A stretch of DNA of 64,000 nucleotides from Acetobacteraceae bacterium (GTDB lineage: Bacteria > Pseudomonadota > Alphaproteobacteria > Acetobacterales > Acetobacteraceae): contig OZ253374.1 of the NCBI GenBank assembly GCA_965260935.1, positions 3,608,755 through 3,672,754 of the forward strand, written 5' to 3'. Positions 49,454 through 57,196 of the stretch are shown piece after piece; positions within the stretch are counted from its first letter, which is position 1, and each line of letters starts with the position of its first letter. Under the pieces are notes generated by a model. The model saw only the letters and a list, made by a program, of their open reading frames with translations, was not told the origin of the DNA and did not search any database. A program made the translations under genes and the position numbers.

Positions 49454-50418
49454 TCGCGCGACGGCGCTTCGGCTTGGCCGCGCACCTCGCCGCGGCCGAA
49501 GCGGAAGTCGAGGTTACAGAACTCGCAGGTCATGACGATGTCTCCGTCGACGACCATATGATCCAAGTCGTCCGGAGGAAAGCCTTCAAGGATGCCCGAC
49601 AGCCGCGCCCGCGAGCAGCGGCAGCCGTAGGCCAGCGCCCGGTTCCGGTCCGCGCTCACGCCCTCCAGCCCGAACAGGTTGTACAACAACTGCTCCGCCG
49701 GCAGCCCATCGTCCAGCAACTCCTCCTCGCGCAACGTCGCCGCCAGCGCCGTCGCCGTCCGCCACGCCTCGTCCTGCGCCCCGCCGTCCATCTCCGGATC
49801 GATGCCGCCCTCGCCGGCCACCCGCTCCAGGATCAGCGCCCCGGCCCGCCAGCCCTGCGGCGTTTCGGCGCAGGCCAACTGCACCGAGCAGCGGATCTGC
49901 TCGCTCGTCTCGAAGTAGTGCAGCGCCATGTCCGCCAGGCTCTCGCCCTCGATGGCGACGATGCCCTGGTGCTGGTCCCGCTCCCCGCCCTGGTCCACGG
50001 TGAAGGCAAGATACCCGCTGCCCAGCAATCGCCGCGCCGAGGGCGTCCCGTTCTCCGCCAGCGCAGGCTCCAGCCGCTCCGGGACCGCCCGCGCATAGCC
50101 GCGCAAGGCGCCCGACTCCGTGCAGTCCGCCAGCAGCATCGGCACCGGCCCGTCCCCTTTCGCCTGCAAGCTGAACGAGCCGCGGAACTTCAACGCGGTC
50201 GCCAGCGCCGCCGCCAGCGCCAGCGCCTGCCCCGTCAAGGCCGTAACGGCCGGGTGGTTCTCGTGCCGGGTCAGCAACGCGTCGGAAAGCGGGCCAAGCC
50301 GCACCAGCCGCCCCCGCACCGGACGGCCCGGCAGATGGAACGGCGTCACGCCGCGCGGCACGACGATATCGGGCACGTCGGGCCGTGCGCTGTCAAGGAA
50401 TGCAGGAGTGTCTGTCAT
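49450..50418 (-). CDS. hslO: Hsp33-family redox-regulated chaperone
   Basis: From MTDTPAFLDS... (ATG at 50418). The C-terminal Zn/redox cysteines are CRCSRARL...CEFCNLDF. Confidence 0.82.
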   Translation of the reverse strand: MTDTPAFLDSARPDVPDIVVPRGVTPFHLPGRPVRGRLVRLGPLSDALLTRHENHPAVTALTGQALALAAALATALKFRGSFSLQAKGDGPVPMLLADCTESGALRGYARAVPERLEPALAENGTPSARRLLGSGYLAFTVDQGGERDQHQGIVAIEGESLADMALHYFETSEQIRCSVQLACAETPQGWRAGALILERVAGEGGIDPEMDGGAQDEAWRTATALAATLREEELLDDGLPAEQLLYNLFGLEGVSADRNRALAYGCRCSRARLSGILEGFPPDDLDHMVVDGDIVMTCEFCNLDFRFGRGEVRGQAEAPSRE

Positions 50419-50509
50419 GGCGCATACATAAGGCTCGGCCCCGCGGAGGAAAACCGCCTGACCCGCCGCGCCGCCCGATCCTGGCCTTGGGCGCACCACG
50501 GAGACCCGA

Positions 50510-50968
50510 ATGATCCGCCTGACGACGCAAAACGACGCCGAACCCGTGGCCGCCCTGATCCGCCAAGCCTTCGCCGCGATCGAGACCCTGCTCGATCCCC
50601 CGCCTTCCGCCTTGCGGGAAACCCCCGAAAGCATCCGGGCGCACCTGCAAGCCGGCGGCGGAGCGGTTTGCGAACAGGACACGCTGGCCGGCTGCATCCT
50701 TTGGCGAGAACAGGACGGAGGGCTCTATTTATGCCGCCTCGCCGTCCTGCCGGCAGTCCGCCGTCGAGGCATCGCCCAGGGTCTGATCGCCCGCGCCGAA
50801 ACCGAAGCGCGCGCCCGACGATTGCCGAGGCTGCACCTCGGGGTCCGGCTCCGCTTGCACGCCAACCGCCGCCTGTTCGCCGCGGCCGGGTTCGTCGAAG
50901 GCGCCCGCCACGCCCACCCCGGCTACGACGCCCCAACCTTCGCCGACGCGGAAAAGCATCTCGCCTGA
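50510..50968 (+). CDS. GNAT-family N-acetyltransferase
   Basis: 152 aa with motif A, LAVLPAVRRRGIAQGLI. Confidence 0.75.
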   Translation: MIRLTTQNDAEPVAALIRQAFAAIETLLDPPPSALRETPESIRAHLQAGGGAVCEQDTLAGCILWREQDGGLYLCRLAVLPAVRRRGIAQGLIARAETEARARRLPRLHLGVRLRLHANRRLFAAAGFVEGARHAHPGYDAPTFADAEKHLA

Positions 50969-50979
50969 CGGCCGCCCCT

Positions 50980-52440
50980 CTACGCCCCGCCCACGCCGCG
51001 CCCGACCATCGACGCCGGGTCCACCACGCGGTCGAAGTCTTCCCCGCTCACCGCCCCCGACCCGACCGCCGCCTCCCGCAACGTCAAACCCTCCGCCATC
51101 GCCTTGTGCGCCACCGCCGACGCCGCGTCATACCCGATCAACGGGTTGAGCGACGTCACCAGCATCACCGATTCCGACACGAACTGCCCGATCCGCGTCT
51201 CGTTCAGCCGCGTCCCCTCCACCGAATGCACCCGGAACATCTCGCACCCGTCGGCCAGGTTCCGCACCGAGCGCAGAACGTTGTTGATCACCAGCGGCCG
51301 CATCGTGTTCAGCTCGAAATTGCCCTGGCTGCCCGCGAACGCCACCGCCGTATCATCGCCGATCACCTGGACGCAGATCATCAGCATCGCCTCGCACTGC
51401 GTCGGGTTCACCTTGCCCGGCATGATCGACGACCCCGGCTCGTTGTCCGGCAACACCAGCTCGCCCAACCCACAGCGCGGCCCCGAAGCCAGCCACCGCA
51501 TGTCGTTCGCCACCTTCATCAACGCCACCGCCACTCCCCGCAGCGACGCGCTGACCCGAACGGTCGCGTCGAGCGACCCCTGCGCCGCGAACTTGTTCGG
51601 CGCGGTCACGAACGCCTGCCCCGTCAATTCCGCGATCTTCGCCGCCACGCTCGCCCCGAACCCCGGCGGCGCGTTCAGCCCGGTCCCCACCGCCGTGCCG
51701 CCGATCGCCAGCTCCAGCAGCCCGGCGCGCGTCCGCCCCAGATCCGCCACCGCCTCGCGGATCTGGTGCGCGTAGCCCGACCATTCCTGCCCCACCGTCA
51801 GCGGCACGGCGTCCTGCAGGTGCGTCCGCCCGATCTTCACCACGCCGGCCCACGCTGCCGCCTTGGCCTCGATCACCCCCGCCAACGCGTCGAGCTGCGG
51901 CAAGAGGCGCCCGTCCAGCATCCGCACGGCGGCGATGTGCATCGCCGCCGGGAACGAATCGTTGCTGCTCATCCCCATGTTCACGTCATCGTTCGGATGC
52001 ACCGGCGACTTGCTGCCCAGCGCCCCGCCCAGCAACTGGATCGCCCGGTTCGAGACCACCTCGTTGACGTTCATGTTCGATTGCGTGCCCGAGCCGGTCT
52101 GCCAGACGTAAAGCGGGAAATGCCCGTCAAGCTTGCCCGCCGCCGCCTCGCCCGCCGCCTGGACGATCGCCTCGGCCTTCCACCCCGGCAGCCGCCCCTC
52201 GGCTTGGTTCACCAGCGCCGCCGCCTGCTTCACCAGCCCGTAAGCATGGCACACCTCCTCCGGCATCCGCTCGCGCCCGATGGAGAAATGCACCAGGCTC
52301 CGCTGCGTCTGCGCCCCCCAGTACCGGTCGCCCGGCACGGCGACGCTTCCCATCGAATCGGTCTCGGTCCGCTCGCCCGCGGCCTCGATCCCGATCGGCA
52401 CATCGGTCATCGCGCGGGGCTGCTCATGGTCGTGTGGCAT
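50980..52440 (-). CDS. fumC: Class II fumarate hydratase
   Basis: ERTETDSMGSVAVPGDRYWGAQTQRS...QTGSGTQSNMNVNEV...GSSIMPGKVNPTQCEA is the signature. The start at MPHDHEQ (52440) has GGAGG 9 nt upstream. Confidence 0.9.
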   Translation of the reverse strand: MPHDHEQPRAMTDVPIGIEAAGERTETDSMGSVAVPGDRYWGAQTQRSLVHFSIGRERMPEEVCHAYGLVKQAAALVNQAEGRLPGWKAEAIVQAAGEAAAGKLDGHFPLYVWQTGSGTQSNMNVNEVVSNRAIQLLGGALGSKSPVHPNDDVNMGMSSNDSFPAAMHIAAVRMLDGRLLPQLDALAGVIEAKAAAWAGVVKIGRTHLQDAVPLTVGQEWSGYAHQIREAVADLGRTRAGLLELAIGGTAVGTGLNAPPGFGASVAAKIAELTGQAFVTAPNKFAAQGSLDATVRVSASLRGVAVALMKVANDMRWLASGPRCGLGELVLPDNEPGSSIMPGKVNPTQCEAMLMICVQVIGDDTAVAFAGSQGNFELNTMRPLVINNVLRSVRNLADGCEMFRVHSVEGTRLNETRIGQFVSESVMLVTSLNPLIGYDAASAVAHKAMAEGLTLREAAVGSGAVSGEDFDRVVDPASMVGRGVGGA

Positions 52441-52581
52441 CGGCAAGCGCCTCCAATTCGTTGAGCATCGTCCCGTGCAAAACGACGCGTCTTCAAAGAT
52501 CCCTGAGCAGACATGGGCGGCACAAGCCACGAATGTCCGCTCAGGCCTCGGCATTCCCATCCTGACGCCAATATCGCGTCC

Positions 52582-53358
52582 ATGGCACGCGTTTTCATCA
52601 CCGGCTCCTCCGACGGCCTCGGCCAAATGGCGGCCCAGCTCCTGCTCGAACAAGGCCACGCCGTCGTGCTCCACGCCCGCAACGACCATCGCGCCGAGGA
52701 CGCCATGGCCGCCTGCCCTGGTGCTGAGGCCGTCGTCACCGGCGATCTCGCCAGCATCGCCCAAACCCGCGGCGTAGCCGACCAGGTCAACGCGCTCGGG
52801 CGCTTCGACGCCGTGATCCACAACGCCGCCGTCGGCTACCGCGAGCCCCGCCGGATCGAGACGGAGGACGGCCTCGCCCAAGTCTTCGCCGTCAACGCCC
52901 TAGCCCCCTACGTCCTGACCGCCCTGATCGAACGGCCCGAACGCCTGGTCTACGTCAGCTCGGAGCTGCACCGCCGCGGCAACCCCGGCTTCGGCGACCT
53001 GAACTGGGAGCGGAAGGCATGGCGCGGCAACCAGGCCTATTCCGATGCCAAGCTGCACATCGTCCTCCTCGCCTTCGCCGTCGCCCGCCGCTGGCCCGGC
53101 GTCCGTTCCAACGCGCTCGAACCCGGCTGGGTGCCCACCAAGATGAGCGGCCCGCGCGCCACCGGAGACCTGGACCAGGCTCACCGTACCCAAGCCTGGC
53201 TCGCCGTCAGCGACGACGCCGACGCCGCCGTCACGGGCGAGTACTTCTTCCACAAGCGCCCCCGCAAACCGGCCGGCCCTTCGAGGATGCCGGAGCTGCA
53301 AGACCGCCTCGTCGCCGAATGCGAGCGCCTGACCGGCATCGGCCTGCCCCCGCCCTGA
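52582..53358 (+). CDS. SDR-family oxidoreductase
   Basis: MARVFITGSSDGLGQMAAQ (TGxxxGxG) and YSDAK (YxxxK). Confidence 0.75.
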   Translation: MARVFITGSSDGLGQMAAQLLLEQGHAVVLHARNDHRAEDAMAACPGAEAVVTGDLASIAQTRGVADQVNALGRFDAVIHNAAVGYREPRRIETEDGLAQVFAVNALAPYVLTALIERPERLVYVSSELHRRGNPGFGDLNWERKAWRGNQAYSDAKLHIVLLAFAVARRWPGVRSNALEPGWVPTKMSGPRATGDLDQAHRTQAWLAVSDDADAAVTGEYFFHKRPRKPAGPSRMPELQDRLVAECERLTGIGLPPP

Positions 53359-53478
53359 TGCCGCAGCCAGTCCAGATCAGCGTTAAACCCTAACCAAAGT
53401 TATCCACAAAAATGGGGGTAAGTCTGTGGCCGAATCTGTGGGTCCGCCGGTATAAAGCTGCGCCGCCTGGGCGCAAGC

Positions 53479-54951
53479 TCACAGGAGCCGCCGCCGGATC
53501 TTCTGCCACAGGATCGCCGGGTGATACGAGATCCGCTTGCCATCGATCAGCATCCGCCCGCCCTCCGCCGCCCCCTCCAAAGCCAGCGTATGCACCCCGT
53601 CTGGATACGCGCCATGAGCGTCCGGGCGCAGCGTCGCCACCGTTTCCTCGGCATAATGGTCCGGCGTGCAACGTCTCACCGCATTCACCGCCAGCGCCCC
53701 GCCATACGTGCGCGAGCAGTCCTGCGCCGGGCGATACAATTGCCCATCAACCCGGAACGGCGTCCCCCCGGGCCGGGACGACCGCGCGTCCAGCTTGACC
53801 GGATTGCCCGGATGCGCCCGCCAAGGCCCTTCCAGACGCTCGGCGAACATCAGGCAAAGATTGTCGTACGCCCCCGCCGCCGCGTCGCTGTAGCCGATCC
53901 AGTAAAGCCCGCCCTCGCGCATCAGCGTCGGGTCCGCCATCGCCACCTCCTCGGCCACCACGCAAACGGGCGCGGCCCGCCCCTCCCGGATCTCGAATAG
54001 CACCTGCCGCCCCGCCGCCGCCATTTCCGGCAGGCACAGCACCCGCTCCCCATCCGCCCACGGATACGGGTAGGAGACATGCACGCCGTCCGCGAGCGGG
54101 AGCGCGATTGGGGACAACTTGGGCGTCCCGTTGCCGACCGTCATGCTCGCCAAACGTCCGACCCCGCTGCGGTGCGTGTAGTGCTCGCACAAAACGGTTT
54201 CCGGCCGCCCGGGCCAGAAGAACGGATCGGCGATGAACCCCTCTCGTTCAGGCACTGCCATCCAGCGCGCCGGGGCAACCACGCGGTCCTGCAGCAAGCC
54301 GCCCGCGTCGCCGTGCATCACCGCGATGCCGTACACGTCCCCGCCCAAGCGGGCACGCAGCCATGCCGCGGCGTTCGCGGCCCGTGCCCGCGCAAGCGGC
54401 ATCGGCCCTGCCCGCCCCGCCGCAGCCGGCGTCCAGGGCCGCGCGTCCCCCCCTCCGCCGCGCAACGCCGTCCGCAGCAGCACGCAAGCCGCCCGCGCCA
54501 GCGCCCCAAGCAGCGCCGGATAGGCCACGGTGCTGGACAGATGCGCCTCGGCCAGCACGTGCCGCTGCCCGCCGTTCTCGCTCTCGACCAGGTAGACGGA
54601 AGCCACGTACGGCAGCCGGTGACAGACTTGCACCGCATGGAATGCGCCCAGCAGCGGCGCGCCCGAGCCATCAACGATCCGCCAAACCCGCCCCTCCCCC
54701 GCAACCAGCGACCCATGCAGATCGAGCCGCACGTCTCCCGTCCGCCCCACCCCGCCGTCCTTCTCGCCGGACCACCAGCGCAGCCCCGAACGGCCGGCAA
54801 CCCGGCGCCAGCCAGCCTCCGCCGGAGCCGTGCCGCCCTCGAACGCCACCTTTGCCTGCCCGTCGCACGCCGCCTCGATCGCCCGGCCCAGCGGCGACGC
54901 CCCGGACAACCCGGCAGCCCTGATCCGGCGCACGCCCGGCCGGGCCGCCAA
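53479..54951 (-). CDS. EPS-locus protein with a degenerate formyltransferase-like N-terminus and a beta-propeller-like C-terminus (resembles the glucosamine inositolphosphorylceramide transferase family annotation)
   Basis: The C-terminal half reads ...GFIADPFFWPGRPETVLCEHY...HVSYPYPWADGERVLCLPE...GGLYWIGYSD...GTPFRVDGQLYRPAQDCSRTYGGALAVN. The start is uncertain: candidates are TTG at 54951, GTG at 54933, or a CTG overlapping the upstream stop. Family recall is tentative. Confidence 0.55.
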   Translation of the reverse strand: MAARPGVRRIRAAGLSGASPLGRAIEAACDGQAKVAFEGGTAPAEAGWRRVAGRSGLRWWSGEKDGGVGRTGDVRLDLHGSLVAGEGRVWRIVDGSGAPLLGAFHAVQVCHRLPYVASVYLVESENGGQRHVLAEAHLSSTVAYPALLGALARAACVLLRTALRGGGGDARPWTPAAAGRAGPMPLARARAANAAAWLRARLGGDVYGIAVMHGDAGGLLQDRVVAPARWMAVPEREGFIADPFFWPGRPETVLCEHYTHRSGVGRLASMTVGNGTPKLSPIALPLADGVHVSYPYPWADGERVLCLPEMAAAGRQVLFEIREGRAAPVCVVAEEVAMADPTLMREGGLYWIGYSDAAAGAYDNLCLMFAERLEGPWRAHPGNPVKLDARSSRPGGTPFRVDGQLYRPAQDCSRTYGGALAVNAVRRCTPDHYAEETVATLRPDAHGAYPDGVHTLALEGAAEGGRMLIDGKRISYHPAILWQKIRRRLL

Positions 54952-54968
54952 GCTAAAACCCGCCGCGT

Positions 54969-55685
54969 TCAGCGCGCGGCAGGCCGGAGCGTGGCGCCCG
55001 CCCAGCGCCGCACCTGCTTCGCCGCCCGGACATACCCCGGCAGGTTCGCCTCCCAGGATTTCTCCCACAAGTGGATCCCGTAGGACTCCGCCGTCACGAA
55101 GTCTTCCCGGAACGCCACCCCGAACGGCCAAGGAAAGAAAGCCTGCGTCGGACAAATAAAGATGTCCTTCACCCGCACGCCTCCGCTGTCGTACCGCCTC
55201 AGCCCCTCCTCCGCCAGCAGCCGGGTGACCAGCTTCGGCCCATACCGCGTCGGCCGGTCCAGCCCGAACGGCACGGCCCGCATCGACAGCAGCCGCTCCA
55301 GCGCACGGACGATGAACCAATGCCCGGGCTCCGCCGCCATCATCCCGTTCGCCACCCAGTCGGCCGAAGCCTCCTGCGTTTGGAAGCCAAAAACGCAGGC
55401 ATGGCCGAGCAGCGGGTCAAGCGGTCGGAACAGCTTGAAATCCGTGTCCAGATAGAACCCGCCGCTTTCCGCGACCGCCTTCAGCCGAACGATGTCGGCG
55501 ACCTTCGCCCACAGCTTCTTCTCATAGGCCGTGCGCAGCGCCGGGTGCGAGAAGTCGATGTTGTCCTCGTTCCACAGCACGAGGTCGAAGCTGGGGTTGG
55601 TCTCCTGCCAGGTTCCCACGCAGCGCCGCTGCGCCTCCGGCAGCGTGCTTCCCACCCAGACATGATGGATGCGCTTCGGGATCAC
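54969..55685 (-). CDS. Glycosyltransferase family 32 (OCH1/Gly_transf_sug type, DXD)
   Basis: The GTG start overlaps the flippase stop (GTGA). Sequence: IPKRIHHVWVGSTLPEAQRRCVGTWQETNPSFDLVLWNEDN...KVADIVRLKAVAESGGFYLDTDF. Confidence 0.8.
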   Translation of the reverse strand: MIPKRIHHVWVGSTLPEAQRRCVGTWQETNPSFDLVLWNEDNIDFSHPALRTAYEKKLWAKVADIVRLKAVAESGGFYLDTDFKLFRPLDPLLGHACVFGFQTQEASADWVANGMMAAEPGHWFIVRALERLLSMRAVPFGLDRPTRYGPKLVTRLLAEEGLRRYDSGGVRVKDIFICPTQAFFPWPFGVAFREDFVTAESYGIHLWEKSWEANLPGYVRAAKQVRRWAGATLRPAAR

Positions 55686-57196
55686 TGAACCTGCCTCCGT
55701 CTGAACCCGGCGTCCGGCAGGGCGTCGCGGCCCAGCGACAGCAGCCGCGTCATGTGCCCGGGCAGCAGCGCCGCGAGCGCGGCGGCGTAGGCGCAGAGCC
55801 CGGCCGCCACAGCCAACGCCGCAAGCCAAGCCCCCCCCGGCGCCAGGCTCCTCACGAGCAGCGCGCTCGCCGCCATGGTGCCCCCGGCCAACGCGACCCG
55901 CGCGCTGAGCGACAGCAGCCGTCCCACGTCCAGCCCCGAAAGCCGTCGCAGCCGGCTGAGCGAGATCGGCACCATGGCCGCCGACAACGCCGCCCAGGTC
56001 CATCCCACCGCGACGATCCCGAACATCTGCGCCGCCGGCAAGGCGGCGCAGTAAAGCCCCAACTGCCAATACGCCATGCCGGCGAACGCGTCCGGGCGTC
56101 CGAGCGCCGACAGCGCCTGCCCGGAGAAGGCCCATAGCGGCATGGTGAACGCGACGAAGCTCATCGCCTCCACCACCGGCACGGCGCGGACCCATTGCGG
56201 CCCGAACGCCAGTGGCACCAGCGCCGGGGCCGCCAGCCCGAGCGCCGCCACGCCCGGAACCCAGACCGTGCTCGTCAGCAGCACGATCTCCGAATACCCG
56301 GCCCCGAACCGCTCGCGGTCATGCGCGATCCGGCTCAGCGCCGGCATCATCACCAACTGGAACGGCGTCATCACCACGATGATCGCCGCCCGCAGCACCC
56401 GCAGCGCCACCGAGAAGATCCCCACCGACGAAAGGTCCATCGTCAGCCCGACGATCACGCTGGCCAGGTCGTCGATGCTGGAGGTGATCACGCTGGCCGC
56501 CATGAAATGCCGGCTGAACGCGAACAGCCGGAGAAACGCGGCCCGCGAGAACAGCAGCTTCGGCCGCCACGGCGTCGCCTGCCACATGATAACCGCGACC
56601 AGCGCCGACTGCACGAACTGCGAAACCACCAGCGCCCAAACCCCGGCCCCGGCCAGCGCCAGCGCAACCCCCACAATCCCGCCCGCCACGCTGCCCGCCA
56701 CCGTCCGGATCGCGAAGATGCGCAGGTCGAGCGAGCGCCGGAACAGCGCCGAATGGATGCTCACCAGCGCCCGCGGGAAGCAAAGCAGCGACAGCCACGC
56801 GATCACCGGCCCGAGGAGCGGCTCATGGAACAGCGTCTGCGCGAAATACGCCGCCGCCTGAAGCCCGGCCACCATCGCCCCCGCCATCGCCATGTTGGTC
56901 CAGAACGCTGTCGACGTGCTCTCGTCGTCCAGCCGCTCGGCCTGGATCAGCCCGTCCCCGAACCCCTGGAACAGCACCATGTTGACCGCGCCCACGATCG
57001 CCATGCCGAACGCGTAGACGCCGAACTCGGACGGCGTCAGCAGCCGTGCGAACACCACGAAGAACAGGAATGCCGACGCCTGCGCGCCCCCCGTCTCCAC
57101 CGCCGCCCAGAACGTCGCCTTGGACACGTGCCGTCGGACGCCGCCGCCCGGAAGCTCGCCCCCCGGCGCGCAGCCGGGTTCCCGCCCCCCTATCAC
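55682..57196 (-). CDS. Wzx-type oligosaccharide flippase (MOP/PST family)
   Basis: About 12-14 TM protein: ...SKATFWAAVETGGAQASAFLFFVVFARLLTPSEFGVYAFGMAIVGAV... The proposed GTG start at 57196 overlaps the upstream stop (GTGA). An alternative GTG lies at 57127. Confidence 0.78.
   Translation of the reverse strand: MIGGREPGCAPGGELPGGGVRRHVSKATFWAAVETGGAQASAFLFFVVFARLLTPSEFGVYAFGMAIVGAVNMVLFQGFGDGLIQAERLDDESTSTAFWTNMAMAGAMVAGLQAAAYFAQTLFHEPLLGPVIAWLSLLCFPRALVSIHSALFRRSLDLRIFAIRTVAGSVAGGIVGVALALAGAGVWALVVSQFVQSALVAVIMWQATPWRPKLLFSRAAFLRLFAFSRHFMAASVITSSIDDLASVIVGLTMDLSSVGIFSVALRVLRAAIIVVMTPFQLVMMPALSRIAHDRERFGAGYSEIVLLTSTVWVPGVAALGLAAPALVPLAFGPQWVRAVPVVEAMSFVAFTMPLWAFSGQALSALGRPDAFAGMAYWQLGLYCAALPAAQMFGIVAVGWTWAALSAAMVPISLSRLRRLSGLDVGRLLSLSARVALAGGTMAASALLVRSLAPGGAWLAALAVAAGLCAYAAALAALLPGHMTRLLSLGRDALPDAGFRRRQVQ

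Noticed and set aside
49300-52464. Very long ORFs such as 49300..52464(+), 2316..3752(-), 37003..39039(-), 46376..48425(+), 57046..59697(+) and 60972..62090(+)
   Set aside because: Their translations are Arg/Pro/Ala/Gly-rich low-complexity strings. They lie antisense to, or out of frame with, genes that have clear family motifs (fumC/hslO, tctA, GT39, hrpB, ExoP-like, Wzy). These are typical shadow ORFs of GC-rich DNA.
53400-53408. A perfect DnaA-box consensus, TTATCCACA, with two nearby TGTGG half-sites, between the SDR gene and the EPS operon end
   Set aside because: It is a single 9-mer with no AT-rich unwinding element, no cluster of boxes and no origin-linked genes (hemE, dnaA, parAB) nearby. 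It could occur by chance in 128 kb of two-strand sequence.
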